A stretch of 38,800 nt of DNA from Candidatus Pacearchaeota archaeon (GCA_030699205.1 JAUYJY010000033.1:1-38800), one strand, 5' to 3'. Positions 1 to 9,972 are shown, counted from the stretch's first letter. Translations and numbers: made by a program. The notes: generated from the sequence alone by a model not told the origin.

Positions 1-57
1 CAGAATTCTCTATCTGTACAATTCTGAAAACAATTGTGCTAATCAACAGAATTGTCC

Positions 58-134
58 ATATTTTGAACAGTTTTTTGTTCTTCCGCTAATAGTCTAAGAC
101 AAATACCTTTCAATTATAAATGTCTTAGACTATA
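58..134 (+). mobile_element. 93-bp MITE family, copy 1 (first 16 bp missing)
   Basis: Near-identical to 7536-7612 (2 loop mismatches); ends ...TGTCTTAGACTATA; abuts the 3' remnant of the Bro-N gene. Confidence 0.85.
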
Positions 135-766
135 GTAAAAATTAATTCTAAATTGTCCATATAATCTCTTAAATTTTCTCTTTTTAATTTCTTAAACTCT
201 TTATATTCTTCAACAGTCTTTCTAAATGCAGCTTTACTTATTTAATTAGTGAGTATTGCAAATTCAATATCTTCTTGAACACCACGGTTTTTCCATTCGT
301 CTGTTAATTCCTGCCTTATTGCAATCCCCCTTAATCTTTTTTCAATCCATTCTTTAGAATATCCTTTTTTCTCATAAAGTTGTTTCATTCTTTCTTGGGC
401 AAGTTCGGGATTTTCAATTTCCTGCAATCTTTCATATCCTACCTTGGCTAACCATCTTTTGAAAGGCTCTGCTTTTTTTGAAGGAATTGACTGAATAATC
501 CTAAATATACCCTCTGTGTCGGCACAATCTGTTTCATATTCCTTACCATCTTCTGATTTAAGTTTCAGTTGTCGACAAAATGTCGATAACTCAATATCTG
601 AAGATTCTTTTTCCCTAACCTTTAGCCTATACCAATAATCATTAGGGTTTACACTATCTGTCAAAACTCCCACTACATCTACAACCGAAAAAAACCATTT
701 ATCTCCAATTAATTTTCTTCTTATTCTTTTTCCATTAAAAATTGCGATATATGTTTCCTCTTTCAT
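135..766 (-). pseudogene. Bro-N domain (phage antirepressor-like) protein, disrupted
   Basis: Motifs WFFSVVDVV, RIIQSIPSKKAEPFKRWLA and WIEKRLRGIAIRQELTDEW. TAA at 244-242, homology continues in frame (ISKAAF...), then a frameshift (ENLRDYMDNLELIFT), then the MITE. Confidence 0.8.
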
Positions 767-781
767 GTTTCTTTAAGTTTT

Positions 782-988
782 CTAAACTTTAAATTTATTT
801 GCTTTCTTTCCATCTAAATAAATTATAATAATCTTTCTTCTTTTATCTTCAGCGAGACAAGAGTACAATTCCTCTCCTTTTTTCAAATCACAACCATCCA
901 CAATTAGTTTATTAATTGAAATATAAGCTGTAGCTCTTTTGAATATTATCTTGCTTTTCCAGCCAATTCCAAGAAATCTTTTTATCAT
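782..988 (-). CDS. small AbrB-like hypothetical protein
   Basis: 68 aa; YISINKLIVDGCDLKKGEEL resembles the AbrB swapped-hairpin pattern; ATGA overlap with upstream gene. Confidence 0.5.
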   Translation of the reverse strand: MIKRFLGIGWKSKIIFKRATAYISINKLIVDGCDLKKGEELYSCLAEDKRRKIIIIYLDGKKANKFKV

Positions 989-1233
989 GTGCGTTTATTC
1001 TTTAATTTATTTTCAGAGAAGCATACAAGTTTTCCCCATGTTTGAATATCGCATGGATATCCTAAGTTTTCTTCTTCATTGATTTCATCAATAAATCTTT
1101 TCCAGTCATGCAAATTAAATATTTCAGAATTTTTAATAATTAGATTAACAATAAACTCATGCATATAAGTTCTTCTGCCTAAGCTATATCTGAAAGCTGC
1201 AATTATTAACAATCTAATATCTTTATTGTCCAT
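985..1233 (-). CDS. hypothetical protein, phage-like
   Basis: 82 aa ORF; AAFRYSLGRRTYM motif recalls small phage proteins; TATA-like element upstream. Confidence 0.6.
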   Translation of the reverse strand: MDNKDIRLLIIAAFRYSLGRRTYMHEFIVNLIIKNSEIFNLHDWKRFIDEINEEENLGYPCDIQTWGKLVCFSENKLKNKRT

Positions 1234-1309
1234 ACATGTTTTAGGTGCCTCATATATTTAAACCTTGCGGTGCCTAAAGATTTATATATAAAATCATCCA
1301 TATAATATA

Positions 1310-1480
1310 ATGAAGATACAAAAGAGATTTTTAAGAAACCATAATGGAAAAGATTATTATAAGTATGTTGTGAATATTCCTCCGATGGTGTTAAAGGAAG
1401 CTGGATTAAAATACGGAGAAGAAGTTGAAGTCAAAGTAAAGAATGGAAAGATTGTTTTGGGAAAGAAGAAGGGGAAATGA
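1310..1480 (+). CDS. AbrB/MazE/SpoVT family DNA-binding protein (56 aa, not in ORF track)
   Basis: Translated by hand: MKIQKRFLRNHNGKDYYKYVVNIPPMVLKEAGLKYGEEVEVKVKNGKIVLGKKKGK; TTTATATA box upstream. Confidence 0.8.
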   Translation: MKIQKRFLRNHNGKDYYKYVVNIPPMVLKEAGLKYGEEVEVKVKNGKIVLGKKKGK

Positions 1481-1503
1481 AATTTTATTAAATGTTTGAC
1501 TTT

Positions 1504-2640
1504 TTATCTATAATTTCTATTTGCCATAGCTTTCTTGATTCTTTCCATTGCGATTTGAGTCGCCGCTTCCCTAGGAGTTATCTTTTTCTTAAATGCCGTC
1601 TGCAAAACATGGTCTGTGTTTTTTACAAGTTTTTCTTCTATTAATTTATTCATGTCTTCTACTGTGCCTCCGATGTATTCTACATAGCTTGAAATAACTC
1701 CTCCAGCGTTTGCAACAAAGTCAGGGATAATAAGAATTTTTTTTGACAGCTCTTCTTCTATTTCTATGGGCATCGGAATATTTGCCGCCTCTACAATTAT
1801 TTTTGCTTTTACCTTGTCTTTGTTTGTGTTGTTTATGACGTCTGGAAGTGCTGCAGGAATTAGAACATCTACTGGAAGTTCAAATATCTTTTTTGACTCA
1901 AGATGTTCACCATCTCCATGAATTACAGAACCTCTTTCTTCCTTTATTTTCATAGTTTTTTTGAAATCCAGACCATCTGAATTATACAACACTCCTTGGC
2001 TATCTGAAACAGCAACTATTTTTGCCCCATATTCTTCTAATTTCTTGAATGTGAAAGTTCCCACATTCCCAAATCCTTCTATTGCTATTGTTGCTCCCTT
2101 AATTGGGATTTTTGCATGCTCTAAGGCAACCTTAGTTGAATATGCCACTCCGAATCCTGTGCTTCCAAGTTCGTGAGGAAGTCCACAAGCTTTTTTCCCC
2201 CCAACTTCCTGACAAAACCCAAGAGGTTTTCCGGTTGCAGAATTAAAGTTTCCGTTTGATATCACAAACGTTTCCATATCCTTTTCATTTGTGTTTATAT
2301 CCGGGGCGGCGACATATTCTGAAGGTGCAATGTTTTTTAACGCTCTTCCAAAAGATTTTATAAAATCAATTTTTTTATTTTCTTGGGTTTTTTTATCATA
2401 GATAATTCCTGATTTTCCTCCTCCAAAAGGTAAATCTGCGAGTGCATTTTTCAGAGTCATTGCTCTTGCTAAACGAAAAACTTCTTTAATATCCACGGAG
2501 GGAGTCATGCGGATTCCGCCCTTTGCAGGACCCAATGCAGTGTTGTCTAAAACGGTAAATCCACGCATTCCTGTCTTGGGATCATAGACCTCTATAATTT
2601 TTTCAGGACCTATGTCATCTGCGAAATTATCTAATTCCAT
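1504..2640 (-). CDS. gdhA: Glu/Leu/Phe/Val dehydrogenase (glutamate dehydrogenase-like)
   Basis: GPAKGGIR, MTLKNAL, LPFGGGKSG, APDINT, GFGNVG and PDFVANAGGV motifs. Confidence 0.92.
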   Translation of the reverse strand: MELDNFADDIGPEKIIEVYDPKTGMRGFTVLDNTALGPAKGGIRMTPSVDIKEVFRLARAMTLKNALADLPFGGGKSGIIYDKKTQENKKIDFIKSFGRALKNIAPSEYVAAPDINTNEKDMETFVISNGNFNSATGKPLGFCQEVGGKKACGLPHELGSTGFGVAYSTKVALEHAKIPIKGATIAIEGFGNVGTFTFKKLEEYGAKIVAVSDSQGVLYNSDGLDFKKTMKIKEERGSVIHGDGEHLESKKIFELPVDVLIPAALPDVINNTNKDKVKAKIIVEAANIPMPIEIEEELSKKILIIPDFVANAGGVISSYVEYIGGTVEDMNKLIEEKLVKNTDHVLQTAFKKKITPREAATQIAMERIKKAMANRNYR

Positions 2641-2930
2641 TTTTTATATTAAGAAGATTTTATTCTGATTAATAAACTTAATGGAAACAGGGTTAATTTC
2701 ATTTCTATAAATGGAATGAAGAAAATAACAATTTATATTCCTTTTTATCTAAATTTAAATACAAATCTAATAAATAATGTGTCTAATAAAATGCGACACT
2801 ATAAATCCACGCACTAACTTTTTTAGTTTTACAGATTACCAGATTGATAATTTAACAACCCCTTATCTTTATTCACAAGCAATTTCTAAAATACTTTTCA
2901 CCATTAATTATTATTGTTAAATCAAAAATT

Positions 2931-3941
2931 TTAGTATTCTTTCTTTGGGGGGTCTTTCAAGAAAACTTGAAGGACTTTTATTGCCTCTTTTATATCTCTT
3001 CGGGATGCAATTCCCACCGGAGTGTGTAAATTACCCACGGCAACTCCAAAAACTGCGGAAGGGATTCCGCCCTTTGCCGCAAATACTGACGTGGCGTCTG
3101 TCGTCCCTGATTCGCTGACCTCTAATTGTATTTTTACTTTGGCTTTTTTTGCTGCTTTTTTTATCTCATCAACGAGAAGACGATGTGCAAGCATTTCAGC
3201 ATCTTTTATTGTTAAGACAGGGCCATTTCTTAACATAATACTTTCATCAAACTCATTATGTGGAGTTACATCAATTGCTATTGCATAGTCAGGATTTAAA
3301 TTAAATACAGATGCCTTTGCACCGTATAACCCCACTTCTTCCTGAACTGTAAAAACAAAGATTACTTCTGATTCTGTTTTTATATTCTTCATTAATTCCA
3401 GGAGAATGAAACACCCAATTCTATCGTCTAAGGCCTTTCCTGCAATAATATCCCCTTCATTTAAATGGCAATAATCCGAGCTTTCGCTAAAAGAGGCGTA
3501 GCTTCCAACATCAACGCCCAAATTTAAAATTTCTTTTTTTGTCAAACCAGTATAAACAAATAAATCATCCATTTTCAAATTTTTTTCTAAATCCGCAGAG
3601 TCCAAAATATTTGGGGTTGTAACTATTCCCCCTATCTTTTTCCCCCTCTTTCCTTCTATATAGATTTTCTGACCTAATAAAATATATGGGTCTATCCCAC
3701 CTATTGGACTTACAGAAAGCCAGCCCTTTTTGCTAATTGAACTAATCATCAATCCAATTTCATCCATATGGGCCATGAACATAACAGCAGGTTTTTTTCC
3801 AGGTTTTATCGCAATGATATTTCCCATGTGGTCAACTTTAATGTTCTTTAGATATTTTTTTGATTCCTTAATAATAAACTTTCTAACCCCATTTTCGTCT
3901 CCGCTAATACCCTTTAAATTTATTAGATTTTGCAAAACCAC
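2931..3941 (-). CDS. M42 family (TET-like) aminopeptidase
   Basis: AHMDEIG, ALDDRIG, VQEEVGLYGA, GTTDA and LHTP metal-binding motifs; GTG start. Confidence 0.92.
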   Translation of the reverse strand: MVLQNLINLKGISGDENGVRKFIIKESKKYLKNIKVDHMGNIIAIKPGKKPAVMFMAHMDEIGLMISSISKKGWLSVSPIGGIDPYILLGQKIYIEGKRGKKIGGIVTTPNILDSADLEKNLKMDDLFVYTGLTKKEILNLGVDVGSYASFSESSDYCHLNEGDIIAGKALDDRIGCFILLELMKNIKTESEVIFVFTVQEEVGLYGAKASVFNLNPDYAIAIDVTPHNEFDESIMLRNGPVLTIKDAEMLAHRLLVDEIKKAAKKAKVKIQLEVSESGTTDATSVFAAKGGIPSAVFGVAVGNLHTPVGIASRRDIKEAIKVLQVFLKDPPKKEY

Positions 3942-4035
3942 TTTTTAACCTCTATATTATCTGTACCTTTTGATATTTAAAGGTTGTTGGTTTTAATGTT
4001 CTAACTTGCTCGTTTAAATAGGAAATTAGTCAGCA

Positions 4036-5154
4036 TTACTTTGAAAATCTATGATTTATATAATCTATTAAAGCACTTCCCGTAAGCCTTGAAGTTGAGG
4101 GGCCATTTCTAACATAAAATTCTTCTTCTTTTCCATCCCTTAAAAAAACTCTTCTGTTTGATGGGAGGCAATCTATTTTTAAGATATGCTTATCATCTAA
4201 TGGAAATAATTCATATCTTATAAACTGAAAATATTGTCTTCCAATATGCTGTTTTACTAAATTTGCAAAATGCAAGTTTAACTTGTCATTATTTTCAAAG
4301 GCATCTTTTTCTAAACCTATGACTTCTCCAGCATCTGAAACTCCAATTAATAATGTCCCCCCTTCCGAGTTCAAATATGCGGCAAGAGTTTTTAATACGG
4401 AGAGTTCTATTTTTTTGTCTATTTCTCCAGTGTGTATATTTGTTCTTAATGTTGTTTTAAATTCCAATTTATCGCCTTCTCCTTTTTGGATTAATCTTGC
4501 TAATTTTTCTGAAGACGTTTCTATATATTTTTTAGATTTGAAGATTCTTGGATTTTTGTTCATAAAATTTAGAATTAAAGAACTAAGAATATTGTTTCTT
4601 GGAGATTTCATATAAAAATATCCTCCAATAGAAACCATTAGAGAACCAAGAGCATAGATGATTAAGTCGGTTATTGTATTCCCTGTTCCTATTTGTTGCA
4701 AACTAAAACCAAAATATGTGTCCATTGAAAATTCAAATATTTCCCAAACTCCTCCTATTGCAAATGATAATGAGAAAGATAAGAGAATAATCATAAATGG
4801 GCTTATATCTATTAATTCTTCCTGATATAAAACATAGACTACCGTAAATCCTATAAATCCAAGAATTACAGATGCTCCAAATGTAAGTAAATTATCCCAC
4901 CAATTTCCATTAAAGAATTGTCTAACTTCACTAAGATAGAAAATTGCGTAAATGATTATTAACATTATAACTTGAGTTTCTGCCCTTGTTTCTATTTTAA
5001 AGAATTTTCTCATAATCCTTGGAATATATGTAGCTAAAAAAGTTAAAATTAGGAAAATCATTATCAATGGCCTGTTTTTAGAATAAGCGCCTATCAACGC
5101 AAGAACTATGAGAATCCTTATAAAATTTGTAACTATTGTATTTACTTTCCCCAT
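4036..5154 (-). CDS. multi-pass membrane protein fused to AlbA_2/Schlafen-like domain
   Basis: About 6 TM helices with WEIFEF motif; C-terminal GEGDKLEFK, AAYLNSEGGTLLIGVSDAG and FYVRNGPST. Confidence 0.85.
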   Translation of the reverse strand: MGKVNTIVTNFIRILIVLALIGAYSKNRPLIMIFLILTFLATYIPRIMRKFFKIETRAETQVIMLIIIYAIFYLSEVRQFFNGNWWDNLLTFGASVILGFIGFTVVYVLYQEELIDISPFMIILLSFSLSFAIGGVWEIFEFSMDTYFGFSLQQIGTGNTITDLIIYALGSLMVSIGGYFYMKSPRNNILSSLILNFMNKNPRIFKSKKYIETSSEKLARLIQKGEGDKLEFKTTLRTNIHTGEIDKKIELSVLKTLAAYLNSEGGTLLIGVSDAGEVIGLEKDAFENNDKLNLHFANLVKQHIGRQYFQFIRYELFPLDDKHILKIDCLPSNRRVFLRDGKEEEFYVRNGPSTSRLTGSALIDYINHRFSK

Positions 5155-5218
5155 TTTTTGTTTATTATTTAAAGAATAGAGATATATAAAAAATTGAGTG
5201 TTTTAGAATGCTATAAAA

Positions 5219-5932
5219 TTAAATGATTCCTAAACTAATTATTCCCCTTGCCCATAAAATCAATAAGATTCCAAGTAAAATCATTACAATTCCAATAAAT
5301 AGCCTCATCCATTTTTTCTGCGTATCTTTCCATCTTTGAATTGTTTTTGCTTTCATTCCAAAAAAGACTAATAATAAAATTATTATTAATGGAAGAACAA
5401 AGATAAAATTATATAAAAGTAAAAGTAAAAAAACCTTGAAAGAAAATCCTATTTTTGCGAGTAATGTTGTAATTGCTAAGTATGGTCCTCCAGTGCATGG
5501 AAGCTCTACCGCCGCCACAAACATTCCAAGAACAATGCTTCCCGGAATAGAAACTTTTTTTATCATCTTCTTGATTTGCTCTGCTCTTTTTGGAGGAATT
5601 TGCAAAGTCAAACCGCGACCATACCAAAAGAAGTCTTTTATTTCAAGAACGCCCATAGCAATAACTAAAATTCCAACAATCCAGCTTAGCGCATAGCTGA
5701 TATTTAGTTTTTGTATAAATAATAAAAGACCAAACCCGGCAGCAAGGTAAGTTACAAACACCGCAGTTATATAAATCGCTCCAACTTTAAGCATTTTTGA
5801 CCTGTCTTTTGACAAGCCGACAAGAGTTGCAAGGAGTAAAATTAAAACGCCAATTGCGCATGGATTTATTGAATCTACTAAAGCAGTTATTAAAACTACA
5901 GGTAGGGTTGGAAGGGCTATTTCCACAGCCAT
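5219..5932 (-). CDS. CcdA/DsbD-type transmembrane thiol-disulfide transporter
   Basis: 6 TM helices; SINPCAIG and ELPCTGGPY cysteine motifs. Confidence 0.8.
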   Translation of the reverse strand: MAVEIALPTLPVVLITALVDSINPCAIGVLILLLATLVGLSKDRSKMLKVGAIYITAVFVTYLAAGFGLLLFIQKLNISYALSWIVGILVIAMGVLEIKDFFWYGRGLTLQIPPKRAEQIKKMIKKVSIPGSIVLGMFVAAVELPCTGGPYLAITTLLAKIGFSFKVFLLLLLYNFIFVLPLIIILLLVFFGMKAKTIQRWKDTQKKWMRLFIGIVMILLGILLILWARGIISLGII

Positions 5933-5933
5933 T

Positions 5934-6344
5934 TTATTTATCGTATTCCTCCGGCAAAGGGCAGGAAGTTTTTTCTGCTAATTCTTTAAGTTTTGGTTCT
6001 GAAATGAGTCTTGAGCCATCGCTAAAAGTCCATGTGTCATAGCTCAAGATTTCTTTTTCTATACAAAGTTCTGCCTGTTCGTTTTCTCCCCGAGGATCAC
6101 ACTCAACATAGTTTATGTATCTAAAAGATTCTCCAAATTTCTTCTTTGTATTCGCACAATGAGGACACCAGAAAGCACCATACATAACTGCTCCTTTTTC
6201 AGTGAGGCATTTTGCAAACTCTTCTAATTCTGAAGAGGATTTTTTTGAAGGCAGTAAAAAGATAACCAAAAAAATAACCACGACTAATGCAACTATCCCA
6301 ATTACTAATGACCTATTATTCTGTTTGTTTTTGTGTTTTTTCAT
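5934..6344 (-). CDS. membrane-anchored thioredoxin-like protein
   Basis: N-terminal TM; MYGAFWCPHC and YVEC, as in VKOR-partner thioredoxin domains. Confidence 0.85.
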   Translation of the reverse strand: MKKHKNKQNNRSLVIGIVALVVVIFLVIFLLPSKKSSSELEEFAKCLTEKGAVMYGAFWCPHCANTKKKFGESFRYINYVECDPRGENEQAELCIEKEILSYDTWTFSDGSRLISEPKLKELAEKTSCPLPEEYDK

Positions 6345-6868
6345 TTTTTACCTTTTACACGAATTAAAACAAGGATTAGCGAAAGAATTAAAACAGCATC
6401 AAGAGAAATACAGAATATGCAGTAAGTTTTCAGTATAAAATGTTGAATCAGGAATAAGTAAAATCCATAAATCACTCCAAAAATTAGCAATCCCTTCATC
6501 CATCTCCGATTTTTTTCAGGGGAAACCCAAAGAAATTTCTTGTTTTTATATTTTGTATTTAATAAAAAGATAAATAACAAAGTTAAGAACCCAAGAAATG
6601 CATTTGAGGTTACTGCATCAAAGAAGATATTTATTCCAGATATGTCTATCAATGGCAAAGGAATGGAAAAATCTATTGTTAACAAATATGATAAACCATC
6701 AATGTTTGCGTATGGGCTTTTATTCACAATCCCGCAATCAAATGATTGTCCAAACGTGCAAAACTTACTTGCCGATGGTGAGAGATGTTCATACCATAAA
6801 AAAAGAGATATCAACATCCCCAAAATTAAAATAATATTAAGTGCTTTTGATAATCTGTTCTTTTCCAT
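6341..6868 (-). CDS. vitamin K epoxide reductase (VKOR) family protein
   Basis: FC-x7-C..V..SPYA loop and YCIFC active site; 4 TM helices. Confidence 0.88.
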   Translation of the reverse strand: MEKNRLSKALNIILILGMLISLFLWYEHLSPSASKFCTFGQSFDCGIVNKSPYANIDGLSYLLTIDFSIPLPLIDISGINIFFDAVTSNAFLGFLTLLFIFLLNTKYKNKKFLWVSPEKNRRWMKGLLIFGVIYGFYLFLIQHFILKTYCIFCISLDAVLILSLILVLIRVKGKK

Positions 6869-7038
6869 CTCTCCTCTCGATTATATAAAATTTCTTAAAT
6901 TTATAAATGTAATCACTGCCATTCTCTTGCGTCTTATCCAGAATTATCAATTAGAGAATTCCCCTTGAGTATATCAAATTATAAAAATCACTCATAATTA
7001 TATATCGTTTTGAAAACAATTATTTTTATAATCTCTTA

Positions 7039-7464
7039 ATGCGTAAAGATTCTATGAAAAAGGGCAATTTATTTTTATGGCTTTTTGTTTTTATGTTTTT
7101 TATCGGATTTATTGAAATTGCATCAGCCCATGATTCTTCCTACGGCAGTGAATATGGTGGAATTGAGTATGGAAGCTATTCCGCATTCTATAATGATTAT
7201 TATTCAAATAGAATTCCCCCAAACAGAATGTCAGATTATTTTAATTATGGCGGATATTGGCAGAACCCAAACTATTGGAAGGAATACCGAAATAAAAAAT
7301 GGGGCAGTGTTGAGGTAAACAACTACTATATTGAAAATAATTATTATTTCAATAACTATCCCGAAAGAAAATATTCAAATGTGGGCAAAACATATTCCAC
7401 GCCCGTTATGAGGAACAACATGATAATTGATTGCGGAAAGAACTGGAATTATCGCTTGTGTTAA
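7039..7464 (+). CDS. secreted Tyr/Asn-rich hypothetical protein
   Basis: Signal-peptide-like N-terminus ending IASA; low-complexity Y/N body. Confidence 0.6.
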   Translation: MRKDSMKKGNLFLWLFVFMFFIGFIEIASAHDSSYGSEYGGIEYGSYSAFYNDYYSNRIPPNRMSDYFNYGGYWQNPNYWKEYRNKKWGSVEVNNYYIENNYYFNNYPERKYSNVGKTYSTPVMRNNMIIDCGKNWNYRLC

Positions 7465-7519
7465 TCTTAATTAATATGTTTCTCATAAATTTATATCTCT
7501 TAGCCATATATTATGCAAA

Positions 7520-7612
7520 TATAGCAGAAGACAAAATATTTTGAACAGTTTTTTGTTCTTCCGCTAATAGTCTAAGACAAATACTGTTCAATTATAAATG
7601 TCTTAGACTATA
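7520..7612 (+). mobile_element. 93-bp MITE family, copy 2
   Basis: TATAGCAGAAGACA...TGTCTTAGACTATA; internal 13-bp perfect inverted repeat 7567-7579/7599-7611. Confidence 0.88.
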
Positions 7613-7646
7613 CTAAGGTTTATTTATTCAAAAAATAGGCATTAGT

Positions 7647-8591
7647 ATGAGAATTAGATATGATTTTTCAAGTAGAAGAACAAGAAGGATAGACCCGCAT
7701 AACAAACATAAACGTGATTTTTTTACTCTTGGAAAAGAGGTTATATTGGTTTCAGATATAATTCTTGAAGTCTTAGATGCAAGATTTATTGGAAGAACTA
7801 GAAATAAGAAAATAGAAGAAATCATTTTATTAAAGGGGAAGAAGATTATCCATGTAATTAATAAAAGTGATTTGGTAAATGTGAAAGAACTTCGTGGCTC
7901 TGAAGAAATTAAGGATTTTGAAAATTGTGTTTTTGTTTCATCAACAAAAAAGACTGGAGGGAAGAGATTGAGAGATAGAATAAAGATTATTGCAAAAAGG
8001 TTGATTAAAGAAAGACTTAAAGACGGAACTGATGAAAAAGAAATTAATGAGAAGAGAGATACGGAGAAACTGACTAAATATAGGCACGGGGAGGGCTTTA
8101 AAAACTTCTTGAAAACAGGTAAGGAAATTCATGTAGGAGTCATAGGCTACCCAAATACCGGAAAAAGTTCTTTGATAAATTTATTAGCAGGAAGCGGTTC
8201 TGCAAAAGTATCGGCGAGGTCGGGATTTACAAAGGGGATTCATAAAATAAAATTGTCAGATGATATTATTTTGCTCGATACTCCCGGAATAATTACTGAA
8301 GAAGACGCTTCATCAGTTCAGGCGAAGAGGCTTGCACATCATTCTATTATTGGTTCAAGGACTTACGACACTGTGAAATCCCCTGATTTTATTATTGCAG
8401 AAATAATGAAACAATATCCCAATTTATTAGAAAAATATTATGAAATCCCTGCAGAAGGTGACTCTGAATTGCTTTTAGAAGAATTAGGAAAAAGATGGAG
8501 TTTTTTGAAGAAAAAGGGCTTAATTGATTTGGATAGAACAGCAAGAAAGGTTCTGAAAGAATGGCAAGAGGGGAAAATAAAGGTCATTTAA
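7647..8591 (+). CDS. circularly permuted ribosome biogenesis GTPase (RbgA/YlqF family)
   Basis: DAR, NKSD, GYPNTGKSS, GFT and DTPG in G4-G1-G3 order. Confidence 0.92.
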   Translation: MRIRYDFSSRRTRRIDPHNKHKRDFFTLGKEVILVSDIILEVLDARFIGRTRNKKIEEIILLKGKKIIHVINKSDLVNVKELRGSEEIKDFENCVFVSSTKKTGGKRLRDRIKIIAKRLIKERLKDGTDEKEINEKRDTEKLTKYRHGEGFKNFLKTGKEIHVGVIGYPNTGKSSLINLLAGSGSAKVSARSGFTKGIHKIKLSDDIILLDTPGIITEEDASSVQAKRLAHHSIIGSRTYDTVKSPDFIIAEIMKQYPNLLEKYYEIPAEGDSELLLEELGKRWSFLKKKGLIDLDRTARKVLKEWQEGKIKVI

Positions 8592-8664
8592 CACTACAAG
8601 AAAACACCACCTAACAGATATATTAAATAAAAAAATTAAATTGAGTTAATAAGAAATAATTTGA

Positions 8665-8967
8665 TTAAAATTTCTTATGATTTTGGAAGCAATCTCTGCA
8701 ATATACCGGTTTTCCTTCTGTTGGTTTAAAAGGAACTTCACATTCCTGTTTGCAATCTGCACAAGTTGCTTTATGCATTTCCCTTGGACCACTATCAAAG
8801 TTGTTTCTTCTGAAACCTCCACCGCCTCCGCCAGACCTAAATCCACCAGAACGATTTCCGCCAGACCTAAATCCACCAGAACGATTTCCGCCAGAACGAT
8901 CTCCACCAGACCTAAATCCACCAGAACGATTTCCAGAGCTTCCTCGCTTATCTCTGTTTTCTGCCAT
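8665..8967 (-). CDS. CxxC-x17-CxxC zinc-ribbon protein with Gly/Arg-rich repeats
   Basis: MHKATCADCKQECEVPFKPTEGKPVYCRDCF. Confidence 0.88.
   Translation of the reverse strand: MAENRDKRGSSGNRSGGFRSGGDRSGGNRSGGFRSGGNRSGGFRSGGGGGGFRRNNFDSGPREMHKATCADCKQECEVPFKPTEGKPVYCRDCFQNHKKF
8828..8932. repeat. coding tandem repeat, 7 x 15 bp (SGG[N/F/D]R)
   Basis: Alternating CCRCCAGACCTAAAT and CCRCCAGAACGATYT units. Confidence 0.9.
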
Positions 8968-9077
8968 CTTTCACCTCCATTCTACTACTTTCTAAATATC
9001 TTCTATTTTGTATCATTCTTAAACCTTATTTGCATATTTTCGAGATTATTTAACCTTATAAATCCTTGTAAAATTAG

Positions 9078-9536
9078 TTATTCCACTATTAAGTTGCCTT
9101 TCATTCCATTTGCACGGTGTTCTCCAACACTGCAGTAGTACTCAAATGTTCCCTTTTTGTCTGCAATAAATTCGGCAAAAACCTGCCCATCCGTATCTCC
9201 CACTCTTGAAGTTGCCACATTAAATTCATCTATCACAAAATCATGAAGACCCTGAACGCTTGAAAATTCAATTCTTATCCTTTCTCCCTGTTTAACTTTT
9301 ATTTCTGGATTGTTAAGGCCATTCATCATAAATTTAAAGTGCTCTCCAGTTAAAACAAATGTCTTCACCTCTTCTGAAGTTCCTATACCTCCGTCCTGCT
9401 CTACAGAAATGCTTTCTTCCTGTAAACTTCCAGCGTTCACTGTTCCTGCAGAATCTACTGATGAACTAAAAGTAAAATAAACCCCTGCAATCCCCACAAT
9501 GATTAAGACAACAATAAGCATCAAAATTTTTCCCAT
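9078..9536 (-). CDS. membrane-anchored cupredoxin domain protein
   Basis: HDF and YYCSVGEHRANGM copper ligands; likely start is ATG 9536, not 9629. Confidence 0.85.
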   Translation of the reverse strand: MGKILMLIVVLIIVGIAGVYFTFSSSVDSAGTVNAGSLQEESISVEQDGGIGTSEEVKTFVLTGEHFKFMMNGLNNPEIKVKQGERIRIEFSSVQGLHDFVIDEFNVATSRVGDTDGQVFAEFIADKKGTFEYYCSVGEHRANGMKGNLIVE

Positions 9537-9558
9537 ATTTGATAAAGAAAAATATCTT

Positions 9559-9972
9559 TTATAAATCTGTTGATTTTCTAATTTTAGATTTCTGCATTTT
9601 AAAGTCAATGCAATATCTATCGGGCCCATTTAAGAAAACTGAAAACGTTGCAAGGGCGAGTGCTAGGTCCCTCATTCCAAGCGGATTAAATCCAATTGAA
9701 AATGCAATACCAAAAAGATGCAATGCCAATACTAAAGATGAAAATCTGGTATATAAACCAATAATCAATAAAACTCCAAAAAACAGCTCAAAAAAGGCAT
9801 TCAATAAGACAAGAGTTTTTGCAGTAAATCCAAGAGAAAGTGCAATGTCAGGAACAAAACTAATCCAAGATTCAGGAGCAATAAACTGCTGAATACTAAA
9901 ATACAAAAATAAAAAAGACAGGGAAATTCTTAATAAGGGTTTTGAATAGGTTTTGAGGTTTTTCATTTCCAT
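9559..9972 (-). CDS. DoxX family membrane protein
   Basis: LLRISL, ELFFGVLLIIGLYTRF and RDLAL motifs. Confidence 0.85.
   Translation of the reverse strand: MEMKNLKTYSKPLLRISLSFLFLYFSIQQFIAPESWISFVPDIALSLGFTAKTLVLLNAFFELFFGVLLIIGLYTRFSSLVLALHLFGIAFSIGFNPLGMRDLALALATFSVFLNGPDRYCIDFKMQKSKIRKSTDL

Noticed and set aside
8646-9138. Alternative ORFs 8646-8921, 8677-9138 and 8750-8995
   Set aside because: Shadow frames kept open by the 15-bp coding repeat
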